From a virus (Duplodnaviria > Caudoviricetes): a DNA stretch of 39,813 bases. The position numbers and the translations under genes are program-made. The stretch spans positions 1-39,813 of IMG/VR virus record IMGVR_UViG_3300017766_000487. One strand, 5' to 3'. A model generated the notes under the pieces. That model had not been told where the DNA came from and ran no database searches. It saw only the letters and a program-made list of their open reading frames with translations. Within the stretch, counting starts at the first letter, position 1. Each line of letters starts with the position of its first letter. Shown piece after piece: positions 1-7,999 of the stretch.

Positions 1-345
1 TCCAAACACACTACTAGCAGCCATACGACCCGCTCTAGTTCTAGCCTTCTCAGCCTGTGCGCCTAGAGTTTCTACTCGCTTTAAGTCTTCGTCAGAACCT
101 TTCCCACTGGCAATCCTTTTCTCGATTGCGTTTCTTTGTCTAATCCGTCTTTGCATTCCTTCTTGAATGTCTAGACCCATAGCTTCCGCTATTAACATAC
201 CTATTTTCATATACTCATTCATTTCATCAACTCCTTTTATGTTTCCTTTATTTTTAGAGGCGTAGAAAACTTGTTTGCCTTTTTTTGATCCATATTGAGA
301 TTTCATGGATGCCATTATCTTGTTTCCTTTAGATGTTAATGGCAT
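1..345 (-). CDS. Basic protein, truncated at the window edge; candidate capsid-internal protein
   Basis: Not in the ORF track. My translation from ATG 345 is open to base 1: MPLTSKGNKIMASMKSQYGSKKGKQVFYASKNKGNIKGVDEMNEYMKIGMLIAEAMGLDIQEGMQRR... It starts 2 nt after the upstream stop and carries the shared YxxIGxLIAEAMG motif. Confidence 0.85.
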   Translation of the reverse strand, partial: MPLTSKGNKIMASMKSQYGSKKGKQVFYASKNKGNIKGVDEMNEYMKIGMLIAEAMGLDIQEGMQRRIRQRNAIEKRIASGKGSDEDLKRVETLGAQAEKARTRAGRMAASSVFG

Positions 346-347
346 AA

Positions 348-1013
348 TTACTTCATTCTGCTGCCAGATCGATATGCAGCATTGTTAGCATCAGCCTCTG
401 CTTTGTCTTTTGCTTTTGTTTTTTCTTTTTTCTTAACACCACGTTCTTGACCACCCGTTGAATGTGCTCCGGGAACTTCAGAAGTTTCTCCTGTTCGTGG
501 GTTTACTGTTGTCTGTGGGCGACCACCTTCCCCTGTTCCGGGCTTACCTCTTGAACCGGGAACTTGATATTCTCCTTTTTGAGTCATTCCCCTAGGTTGA
601 GTTCTTTTAACCTCACCAACCTTGTGAACTGCTCGCTTCTCACTAATGAGTCCTAAAGCTTCTGCTAGAACAGCACCCATCGAATAGTAAGTATTGTAAA
701 CGCTTTCACCAATTAGCTCAAGGTAAATGTCTTCGTAGTTTACTGATTCTGAATAAGCTTCATCATCATAACCCTTACCAGTGACCTTACGTTGCTCTAC
801 TCCACCCTTACCTGTTCCGGGTTCACCAGACTTGCCAGAGATGTTTAGGGTGCGACCATCATACGAATCCTTGCCCCGCTTGCTGCCAGTTGGCTTACCA
901 GCACGAACTCGTCTGGCTTCTTTTGCAGCACGCTTTTCAACTTGGTTCTTTGCTTTGTTAGCAGCAGAACGCTTTTCAGTTAGTAACTCATAGAAGTATC
1001 TATTTCTATCCAT
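348..1013 (-). CDS. Lys/Arg/Gly-rich protein; candidate capsid-internal protein
   Basis: 221 aa, with SD-like TAAGGA upstream. Two basic segments are separated by ESVYNTYYSMGAVLAEALGLISE, and there is an internal repeat GEPGTGKGG/GKPGTGEGG. Function is inferred. Confidence 0.75.
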   Translation of the reverse strand: MDRNRYFYELLTEKRSAANKAKNQVEKRAAKEARRVRAGKPTGSKRGKDSYDGRTLNISGKSGEPGTGKGGVEQRKVTGKGYDDEAYSESVNYEDIYLELIGESVYNTYYSMGAVLAEALGLISEKRAVHKVGEVKRTQPRGMTQKGEYQVPGSRGKPGTGEGGRPQTTVNPRTGETSEVPGAHSTGGQERGVKKKEKTKAKDKAEADANNAAYRSGSRMK

Positions 1014-1023
1014 TTTTTAATCC

Positions 1024-1896
1024 TTAGAATAATGTAAAGACAGGAGGCTCTTCAATCTCTATAAGAAGCTCTTCCTTAAGTTTCTCCCGTTCTTGTTGGC
1101 TAGCCGCTAATAGGTCTTTGCCGTTCAAGATAGCCCCACCTCCGGGAGAAGGAAGAGAGCCATATTTTCCTCTTATTTCGCCAAGGATTCCCTTAGCAAC
1201 AGCAAGAGCGTATCGTTGAATCCAGTTCTTGTAATAAGGGTGCATGGTAGCAGAGTCTAATCCTCTAAAGACTAGAACAACTGTTTCACCGTTTACTACT
1301 GGTGCTGGATATAGTTGAATAACATTACCATTTATTATATCCCAAGTACCTTCCTGACTCAATACTTTTCTAATCATCTCTAGATTCATCTGCATCAGAT
1401 AAAAGTCTGAGACATTAAAGTTGGTCATTAAGAAGTTGTCTTGGAAGTATTTGATAAAGAAATCAAACTCAAGAGAGCCAGCCATGTTCTGAAGGCTGAG
1501 TAAAGATTTCTTGTAAGCACAATATGTTAGATTATTAGCTATGTGAGTAGGCAACATATACATATTCACATTAGCTATAGTCTCAAACGTAGCCATCTGA
1601 GTTGTCCAGAATGGGGCGTGATAATCTAGGTTTGTTATAGCTTCATCTATTGCAGTTTTAATTTGAAAGTCTGTTAATTCTACTCTTACAACAGGATAAC
1701 CTAGACGAGCTAGTATAAAATCTTTGATAGTCTTTTCAAAGTTATTAAGCTCTATTCCATCTTCAAATGTGCTATTGTTAAGCTTAGATCCATCTATAGC
1801 AGTTGAATAAATATCAGTATCCCCTAAGTTCCTACCAGCGTAGGTTCCAAAGGTATCCCCATAGTATAGTAATTTAGGATCTACTTTAACTACCAT
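1024..1896 (-). CDS. gp13: Neck / head-tail adaptor protein, T4 gp13-like
   Basis: N-terminal ARLGYPVVRVELTDFQIKTAIDEA and C-terminal WIQRYALAVAKGILGEIRGKY..LPSPGGGAILNG match the gp13 family pattern. It lies downstream of the capsid gene. Confidence 0.85.
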   Translation of the reverse strand: MVVKVDPKLLYYGDTFGTYAGRNLGDTDIYSTAIDGSKLNNSTFEDGIELNNFEKTIKDFILARLGYPVVRVELTDFQIKTAIDEAITNLDYHAPFWTTQMATFETIANVNMYMLPTHIANNLTYCAYKKSLLSLQNMAGSLEFDFFIKYFQDNFLMTNFNVSDFYLMQMNLEMIRKVLSQEGTWDIINGNVIQLYPAPVVNGETVVLVFRGLDSATMHPYYKNWIQRYALAVAKGILGEIRGKYGSLPSPGGGAILNGKDLLAASQQEREKLKEELLIEIEEPPVFTLF

Positions 1897-1897
1897 A

Positions 1898-2101
1898 TTA
1901 TTCCTTTGCTTTCTTTTTCTTTATGGGTTCTTCTACTGATTCTTCTATAAGTTTTTCTTGAACTTCTTCTTGAATAAGTTCTAAGTAGCGAGACTCTATA
2001 AGCGTATTAGATTCAAATAATTCATAAGGTTGTATTTCTACAATCTCATCTCCTAGTTGAAGAAGGATATTCCATCTACATTTACTTTTATATTTGAACA
2101 T
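1898..2101 (-). CDS. Small hypothetical protein (acidic, poly-Lys tail)
   Basis: 67 aa. It fills the gap between a promoter motif and the neck gene, 1 nt from the latter. Confidence 0.7.
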   Translation of the reverse strand: MFKYKSKCRWNILLQLGDEIVEIQPYELFESNTLIESRYLELIQEEVQEKLIEESVEEPIKKKKAKE

Positions 2102-2105
2102 AACC

Positions 2106-2120
2106 CTTATATTTATATAG
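2106..2120 (-). promoter_or_regulatory. Putative late promoter CTATATAAATATAAG
   Basis: Contains the T4 late consensus TATAAATA (2110-2117). The same CTATATAA core recurs upstream of other genes. Confidence 0.7.
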
Positions 2121-2128
2121 GAAGTGTA

Positions 2129-2161
2129 GGAGGCCAGAGGTCAAGAATTCCTCTGGCCTCC
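2129..2161 (-). terminator. Stem-loop after the major capsid gene (terminator or 3' stabiliser)
   Basis: Perfect 12-bp inverted repeat ggaggccagagg (2129-2140) / cctctggcctcc (2150-2161) with a 9-nt loop. There is no clear U-tract. Confidence 0.65.
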
Positions 2162-2184
2162 ATAATTTCAGCTAGTTATTTAGA

Positions 2185-3837
2185 CTAGTAGGTTGTTGCT
2201 CCACCAAGAACCGTAGTATTTCTAGCGAATGGGGTGAAGAGGTAGTTAGCCGTAGGACCAACGATTCTAATTACACGGTAGAATCTGTTGTTTGGCTGAA
2301 TCATAACCTTACCATAACGGGTTAGGATACCCTTTCTTGGTTGGAACGATTCAGGGTCCGTGATGGTTGGTAGTTGTTGTAGTGGGATGTATGGAGCGTA
2401 GATGAATCCCGAATCCATAGCATTCGCACCCTTGTAACCAACTAGAATTTCGTCAGTTGGGAACATGGGGTCAACATAGAGATCATAACGACCCATGAAC
2501 TTGCCCTTGAACTCGATGCTGTTGGCACCAATGTTCGTGGGACCATCACCACGCTCGATACCTCCTTCTAGCTTGGAAGCACTCTCTAGGAGTGAGCAAA
2601 CTAGTGGCGAGGTTAGTAGCCAGTTACCGGGACCGCGCATGGTGGTACGGTAAATGTCTTGTGAAGCGAGGTTGATGATTGCAAGTAGATTTGCATAAAC
2701 TTCGCCAACGTGACGAGGTGATAGTGCTAAGGTGGTTTGGCTAAAGTCGATTACAAAGATGTTTGAACCGCTTGTAGCTGTGCTTTGGCTGAACTCTGTT
2801 CCACCCCCGTTAAAATCATAGGTGAATTGAGCAGGAACGAAGTCCTGAACATTATGAGCATCTTTAACTCCGGGGAAGCTACCTAGTCTGACATAATCAT
2901 TGTCCATTAGGTTCTGATTGACTCCACCGAAAGTCTTGCCCTTGAATCCATAAGCGATCATACGAAGATCTTCGATGAGTTCGCGGTCGATTTCGAGTTG
3001 GAGTTCCTTCGATAGGAGTTCAGTTAGTTCACGCTCTAGATCGAGATTGTGGTATGCCTTGAGATCTTGTGAGGCTTCGAGGGTCCACAATGCACGCATC
3101 TTACGAGTGTTAGCTACGACTGCCTCCTGCTCGATGTGGAAGGTCATCTCGGGGATGCCAGTTCCAGTTAGACGCTCACCTGCCGATACCGAGTATCCAT
3201 AGATTGAGCTTGTGTTAGGCCAAGCAGCAATTTGACCACCCATTGTTCCCGAAGGAGCACCAGCACCACGAAGTTCACTTGAGCCGCTTAGTGTATTTAG
3301 TACGTTAGAAACGTCAAATGCAGTCATGGCATCATCACCATCTAGACCTGCTCCAGTCGCAGTAGCGCGTGTGCCGTCAGCAGAGCGGAATAGACCTTGC
3401 TGTGCTGCTGTACCCTTACCTCCGTCCGAGCCAATTTGAGTTGCTGCTCTACCACGGTAGGTTAGATTTAGCTTGCTATAAACAGTTTGAATATCGTTAG
3501 CAGTAGCTCCACCATTACGAGCGCGAGTGTTGCCGATGTAGAATACCTGTGAGACAGGACCCTGCATTGGCTGAACACCAACGATCTTGTTGGCGATTAG
3601 GTCTGGGTAGACTCTACGAACTAGTGGGAAAGCGAACTTCTGGAAGACGCCAAGCTGGCCTACCGTTGTGGTGGCTGGACCAACGTGATCTTCATTTAGA
3701 CGCTCTTGAACAATCGATCTAGCTTGGTTCTCAAGAAGTTGAGCCGTTACGCGACGAGTATAATCGTTGCCAATGCCCTCAAGGACAGGCTCCCACTTCT
3801 GGACCAACGAATCATCAGTACGATGCATTATATCCAT
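2185..3837 (-). CDS. gp23: Major capsid protein, T4 gp23-like
   Basis: 550 aa with KWEPVLE, LLENQ, PLVRRVYPDLIANKIVGVQPMQGP, RKMRALWTLEASQDLKAYH, EIDRE, YAPYIPL, DPESFQPRKGILTRYG. Confidence 0.97.
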   Translation of the reverse strand: MDIMHRTDDSLVQKWEPVLEGIGNDYTRRVTAQLLENQARSIVQERLNEDHVGPATTTVGQLGVFQKFAFPLVRRVYPDLIANKIVGVQPMQGPVSQVFYIGNTRARNGGATANDIQTVYSKLNLTYRGRAATQIGSDGGKGTAAQQGLFRSADGTRATATGAGLDGDDAMTAFDVSNVLNTLSGSSELRGAGAPSGTMGGQIAAWPNTSSIYGYSVSAGERLTGTGIPEMTFHIEQEAVVANTRKMRALWTLEASQDLKAYHNLDLERELTELLSKELQLEIDRELIEDLRMIAYGFKGKTFGGVNQNLMDNDYVRLGSFPGVKDAHNVQDFVPAQFTYDFNGGGTEFSQSTATSGSNIFVIDFSQTTLALSPRHVGEVYANLLAIINLASQDIYRTTMRGPGNWLLTSPLVCSLLESASKLEGGIERGDGPTNIGANSIEFKGKFMGRYDLYVDPMFPTDEILVGYKGANAMDSGFIYAPYIPLQQLPTITDPESFQPRKGILTRYGKVMIQPNNRFYRVIRIVGPTANYLFTPFARNTTVLGGATTY

Positions 3838-3849
3838 AATTTAAATCCC

Positions 3850-4494
3850 TTAGTTTTTTGGGGAGAAGGGCATGAACTTCATGACCTCATCAGTTAAAAA
3901 CGCATTTCTAGTATGCGCTCTTTCTTCAGTAATAACTTTATCCGCTTTCGTTACTACCACTGCCTGTTCAGAGGATTTGAAAGCCTCATCACGGGCAGCT
4001 TGCAGATTCTCAACTTCTTCGAGAAGCTGTTCTTTTTGACCCTTTAGTTTCTCAACTGTTCCCTCCGTTAGGGATACCTTATCTTTGAGAACTTTAATGG
4101 TGCCTTGAAGTTTTTCATTTTCAACTACGAGCTTGTTAACTTGCTCAGTTAAAACGTCAAACTCTTCCTGAAGTTCACCGTGTTGTTCAGTTATTTCAGA
4201 AAGAGCATTGCCTTCATCACCTTCATTTAATTCTAGAGCCATTAAAGTTCTTACCGATTCAAAAAGACGAGCATTACGGAATACTTCGTTTTCTTCACTT
4301 AACTCGGTAAGAGCTTGTTCTTTAAGCTGATCAATCTTGGTTCTTAGGTAGGCATTAACTTTAGCCTCTAAGAGTCCAATCTTCTCTTCGACTTGCTCAT
4401 TAATTGTGGTATCCACTAATTGGAAAATAGCTTCAACTGTGGATTGGTCAAGTCCTTCAGGAAGAATATCAGCAATATTCTTTATTTTACTCAT
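3850..4494 (-). CDS. gp22: Prohead core scaffold protein, gp22-like
   Basis: Acidic coiled-coil protein of 214 aa between the protease and capsid genes. SD AGGAGA at 4501-4506. Confidence 0.8.
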   Translation of the reverse strand: MSKIKNIADILPEGLDQSTVEAIFQLVDTTINEQVEEKIGLLEAKVNAYLRTKIDQLKEQALTELSEENEVFRNARLFESVRTLMALELNEGDEGNALSEITEQHGELQEEFDVLTEQVNKLVVENEKLQGTIKVLKDKVSLTEGTVEKLKGQKEQLLEEVENLQAARDEAFKSSEQAVVVTKADKVITEERAHTRNAFLTDEVMKFMPFSPKN

Positions 4495-4510
4495 GAGAAA
4501 TCTCCTAGGT

Positions 4511-4561
4511 TAAATATATCTATCTTATCTTTTTTAAAAATATAATTTTTTTTAAAAAATG
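4511..4561 (-). promoter_or_regulatory. Putative bipartite late promoter (TAGATA core plus upstream CATTTTTTAAAA..AATTATATT box)
   Basis: TAGATA at 4517-4522. The upstream box at 4539-4561 is nearly identical to 8031-8052. Confidence 0.55.
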
Positions 4562-4570
4562 TATGTGTTG

Positions 4571-6559
4571 TTATTTGCCAGATACCTTCTTAACATTAGC
4601 TGCAAGTCTTGCCTGACGTTCTTTTCTGGCTTTATCTCTTGCAGTCTTGGAAGGATGCGCCTTGGTTTCTCCTGTCTTAGGATCAACGCTATGAGTTATG
4701 TGTATCTGCCGTCTTGCTGGACCCTGAAATTTACCACCACGCTGTTTTCCATGAAACTTCTTTCCAAACTTAGGACGGTTACTGAAGCCAGTTGTGCGAC
4801 GATCTGTAGTCCATTGATTCTCTGGAGACTCTTTAGGGTCGCTATGTCCGGGCCAATCTCCACCCTCTTTACGTTGCTTTACTCTTTCATCTGGATCTGA
4901 GGAGTAAGGTCTTTCAGAAGATTTTTCTAATAGGGATTTACCTATTCTTATAAAGCTTTCTTTCATTTTTAATTTAACTGGAACTGGGAGTTTACCTTTA
5001 GATCCGTGAGGTCTTACTGAGGTTATTTTTCCTTCTTTATTTTTAAGTACCTGACCCTCCCCTGTCTTGGTAAATTCAGTTGTACCAAATTTGCCAAGAT
5101 CCTGTTTTACTCCACCTCCATGCTTTCTTTCATATCTTTCAGCAGCGGCAGGTGTAGTATATCTTTCTCCTGTTTTTGGATCTTTGTATTCAAGTAATCC
5201 CATAGCTTCTGCTATTATAAGTCCAATTTGTTTATAGTTCATATGATCCTTCAGTCCTGCTCCAAATTCATCATCCAGTCCTGCTCCAAATTTCTCTGTT
5301 TCTTCTGCTTCTTTTCGTTTTCTTTTTAGTCTTTCTCTAGTTGATTCTGCTCTTTGAGGTCTTCCACTTACAGGATTTATTTCAGGACGCTCATGAGGTT
5401 TTCTTGATGGTAGTTCAGTTAAAGTAGCTCGCTTTTCAGTTGGTTTATAAAGTTCAGATCCGGGTTTCTGACCAGCTCTTCTAGCTGCTCTTCTAGCATC
5501 CATTCTTTCTCTAGGATTTAGATTCCCTTTTTTTTTTTCTCTCCACTCTTTCCACTTATTTGATACCCAATCAATACCTTTTTTAGCGGCTCCTTTTAAT
5601 GCGTTCGCAGCCTTTCCTGTAGCATCATACTTCTTATTCCACCTATAAGCATTCTTAGCCATGCTTCCTAGCATTTGACCAATGATCTCATCAACACGAT
5701 GCCCCATACCCTCTGCAATTAACAGACCCATCCTGTGGTAGTGTCCGCTAGAATAAACAGATTCTTTTAATCTATGAGGATCTTTCTTCATGGCATCAAT
5801 AAATCTTTTAGCTTCTTCTTTATCAGAAGCTCTTCTACCTCCTCTAGGCTTTCTTCTTTTCTCAAGTCTATGAGGATCCCTCTTCATAGCATTAGTAAAT
5901 CTTTTAGCCTCTTCTGGGTCGGTAGGCTCTTTGGGTGTGCCTTTCTCTTCTAGAATTGGCTGGTATGCTTCACGAAGCTTAGACTTAAGCATTACTACAA
6001 AATTACTTTCTTTTTGTAACTTGCTTTGAGACTCTCTTGCAAATCGTGATTGAGTAGACTCAGCTAGCGTTGGGAAAGCCCCTCTTGTAGATGGATCAGC
6101 TACTAGGTCAAACGTAATTAGTCTGAAGTCTTCGTTAACAACCTTGTTTCCTTTAGAATCCTCGGAAAGCGTACCCATACCTCGGGAAGAAATACCAATA
6201 CGAACGCCACCATCGATTAAAGCCTTTGCAGTTAAACCAGCAGGAGTCTTAAGGATTTCAGCTTCTCCGATGAGTTCATTACCCTTGATCTCTAGCTTAG
6301 TAATTAAGTGTGAAGCGTTTGAAAGCTTTACAGAATCATTTGAAGGGTGATCAAGCTCTCCACAAAGTCTACGCTCTTGAATAAGAGGTTGAACTTTTGC
6401 AAGTTGATTTTCAAGAACTGCTGTAGGATATATGCGTCCGTTATTGTTCTTTTCATTGCAACGACCAAAGACTCCACGAATTCTCATGGTATCTTTTTGT
6501 GCCCCTTCATTAAGAACTTGGAGTTTTTCTACTATGAATACATCTTGTAATAATTGCAT
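4571..6559 (-). CDS. gp21: Prohead protease, T4 gp21-like, with a long basic C-terminal extension
   Basis: The first ~170 aa carry NNNGRIYP, GELDHP, GISSRGMG and FDLVADPS. The remaining ~490 aa are low-complexity and Lys/Arg-rich. Confidence 0.93.
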   Translation of the reverse strand: MQLLQDVFIVEKLQVLNEGAQKDTMRIRGVFGRCNEKNNNGRIYPTAVLENQLAKVQPLIQERRLCGELDHPSNDSVKLSNASHLITKLEIKGNELIGEAEILKTPAGLTAKALIDGGVRIGISSRGMGTLSEDSKGNKVVNEDFRLITFDLVADPSTRGAFPTLAESTQSRFARESQSKLQKESNFVVMLKSKLREAYQPILEEKGTPKEPTDPEEAKRFTNAMKRDPHRLEKRRKPRGGRRASDKEEAKRFIDAMKKDPHRLKESVYSSGHYHRMGLLIAEGMGHRVDEIIGQMLGSMAKNAYRWNKKYDATGKAANALKGAAKKGIDWVSNKWKEWREKKKGNLNPRERMDARRAARRAGQKPGSELYKPTEKRATLTELPSRKPHERPEINPVSGRPQRAESTRERLKRKRKEAEETEKFGAGLDDEFGAGLKDHMNYKQIGLIIAEAMGLLEYKDPKTGERYTTPAAAERYERKHGGGVKQDLGKFGTTEFTKTGEGQVLKNKEGKITSVRPHGSKGKLPVPVKLKMKESFIRIGKSLLEKSSERPYSSDPDERVKQRKEGGDWPGHSDPKESPENQWTTDRRTTGFSNRPKFGKKFHGKQRGGKFQGPARRQIHITHSVDPKTGETKAHPSKTARDKARKERQARLAANVKKVSGK
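5252..5292. repeat. In-frame 17-nt exact direct repeat (FGAGL x2)
   Basis: cagtcctgctccaaatt at 5252-5268 and 5276-5292, period 24. Confidence 0.9.
5771..5914. repeat. In-frame 48-nt diverged duplication (EEAKRFxxAMKxDPHR x2)
   Basis: Copies at 5771-5818 and 5867-5914, period 96. Confidence 0.9.
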
Positions 6560-6981
6560 TATTTATACCTCAGTCCGTGAGCTTTCTTAATTGATCTGCT
6601 TCCATACTGTTGTGCAAGCTTGTCAGAACCTTTACCGTAACGTAGTTTAGTTCTGGCAGCGTGCTTCTTTATACTACCCCAAGCAGCGGAAGGAGTTGCG
6701 CTTCCGGGAGTAAATCCTTTTGCAATCTTTCCCTTACCACTTTTAGCTCCCCACTTACCTTTAGAGATTACATAAAGTCTACCAGCAGCTTTTGTTGTAA
6801 AGATATCACCGTATTGACCATCTGAAAGAGCATTGCTTATGCTTCCATAAGTTTTAACTCTTCCTTTAAATGATTTCTTTACGTCTCTCTTAGTTCCTTC
6901 TTTTGAAGTATACACCTTTCTACCAGAGACGGAGCCTCTGGCTTCTTGAAAAGTTTGTATTTCTTCAACTATTCTAATCAT
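6559..6981 (-). CDS. Highly basic small protein; candidate prohead/internal DNA-binding protein
   Basis: 140 aa, Lys/Gly-rich after a short acidic leader (MIRIVEEIQTFQE). It is TAATG-coupled to the protease gene. Confidence 0.75.
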   Translation of the reverse strand: MIRIVEEIQTFQEARGSVSGRKVYTSKEGTKRDVKKSFKGRVKTYGSISNALSDGQYGDIFTTKAAGRLYVISKGKWGAKSGKGKIAKGFTPGSATPSAAWGSIKKHAARTKLRYGKGSDKLAQQYGSRSIKKAHGLRYK

Positions 6982-7466
6982 CGTCTTTTCAATCTAGCTG
7001 CTATGGATGCTTTTAATACAGCTTTCTTGCTCTTTTTAGAATTAGTGGGTGACATATATCCGTGACGCTTTTCTGTTTTTTCAAAAGCTTCACCTTTAGG
7101 TTCAGCTAAATTAACTCCAATGCTCCCGCAGGTAGTCATCTCTGTTAATAAATCACGAACTTCCTCCAACAAGGGAATAAGTTGTGATAAAGTTTGTTCA
7201 TTTAATTGAACTGGTTCAGGCTTGGGTTCTTCCTTATTCCAAACCAATTCAGGAATGCTATCAACAGGTTCAGCGTCTTGAGGAGTAAACTGCTCCCCTA
7301 GTATCTGCTTCATAAAACTATCAGGAACTTTTACCTTAGAGATATCTCGGCCAGCAGGAGCCAGCCCATTCTCTTTTTGAATTGGGCTAGGATCCTTACC
7401 TTCCTTAATATTCTTAACTTGGCCTAATATTAGGCTTTCTGCGAAGTCCCCTATGCTTTTCTTCAT
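6978..7466 (-). CDS. Hypothetical head-module protein
   Basis: 162 aa with an ATGA overlap to the next gene. It has several LxE sites (LNE, LLE, LTE) and a basic C-terminus. Confidence 0.75.
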   Translation of the reverse strand: MKKSIGDFAESLILGQVKNIKEGKDPSPIQKENGLAPAGRDISKVKVPDSFMKQILGEQFTPQDAEPVDSIPELVWNKEEPKPEPVQLNEQTLSQLIPLLEEVRDLLTEMTTCGSIGVNLAEPKGEAFEKTEKRHGYMSPTNSKKSKKAVLKASIAARLKRR

Positions 7467-7488
7467 AAGCAGGTACTTTCTTTTTTCC

Positions 7489-7959
7489 TCACTCCTCTTC
7501 GACTACTTCTTCGTCTTCGTCGAGAGTTTCTACTTCTTCGTCTTGTAGAAGAATTTCGGAGATCGTCTGATCGATAACTGCTCCAACATCTTCTTCACCT
7601 TCTTGGAGGTGGCTTAGACGCTCAACTAGACCCATGACCACATCAAGGTGCTCAAGGAGGCGATCTTCATCAATCGACTCGTCAAGCTGGCTGGTGCAGA
7701 GTGGGCAAACGTGAACCTCTTCCTCAAGCTCTTCTACTTCTTCCGAATCTTCAACTTCGGTATCTTCGTGCTGCTTTTCTATTTGTTTAGCTAAAGCCTT
7801 TGTAGACGTCTTGAAAGGGTGCTTCCCACCCTTCATACCCTTCTTTTCTTCAATAACTTCTGAACCCTCATCGAGACGGGTTTCAACACCAGCCCGAGTC
7901 CATGCGGCTGATTCGATAAGTTTTTGACGAAGTTCGTCTGTTAGTTTATAATGATCCAT
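7489..7959 (-). CDS. Very acidic protein with CxxC; candidate prohead core protein
   Basis: 156 aa, Glu-rich, with HVCPLC and SD-like AAGGA upstream. It occupies the position of T4 prohead core genes 67/68 (synteny only). Confidence 0.75.
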   Translation of the reverse strand: MDHYKLTDELRQKLIESAAWTRAGVETRLDEGSEVIEEKKGMKGGKHPFKTSTKALAKQIEKQHEDTEVEDSEEVEELEEEVHVCPLCTSQLDESIDEDRLLEHLDVVMGLVERLSHLQEGEEDVGAVIDQTISEILLQDEEVETLDEDEEVVEEE

Positions 7960-7999
7960 AATCTGTTTCCTTTAAGAATATTAAGATTTTTTGTAATCT

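Noticed and set aside
4571-6050. Intein or homing endonuclease in the protease
   Set aside because: No C/S...HN splice motifs and no LAGLIDADG, HNH or GIY-YIG pattern. The extra sequence is terminal and low-complexity.
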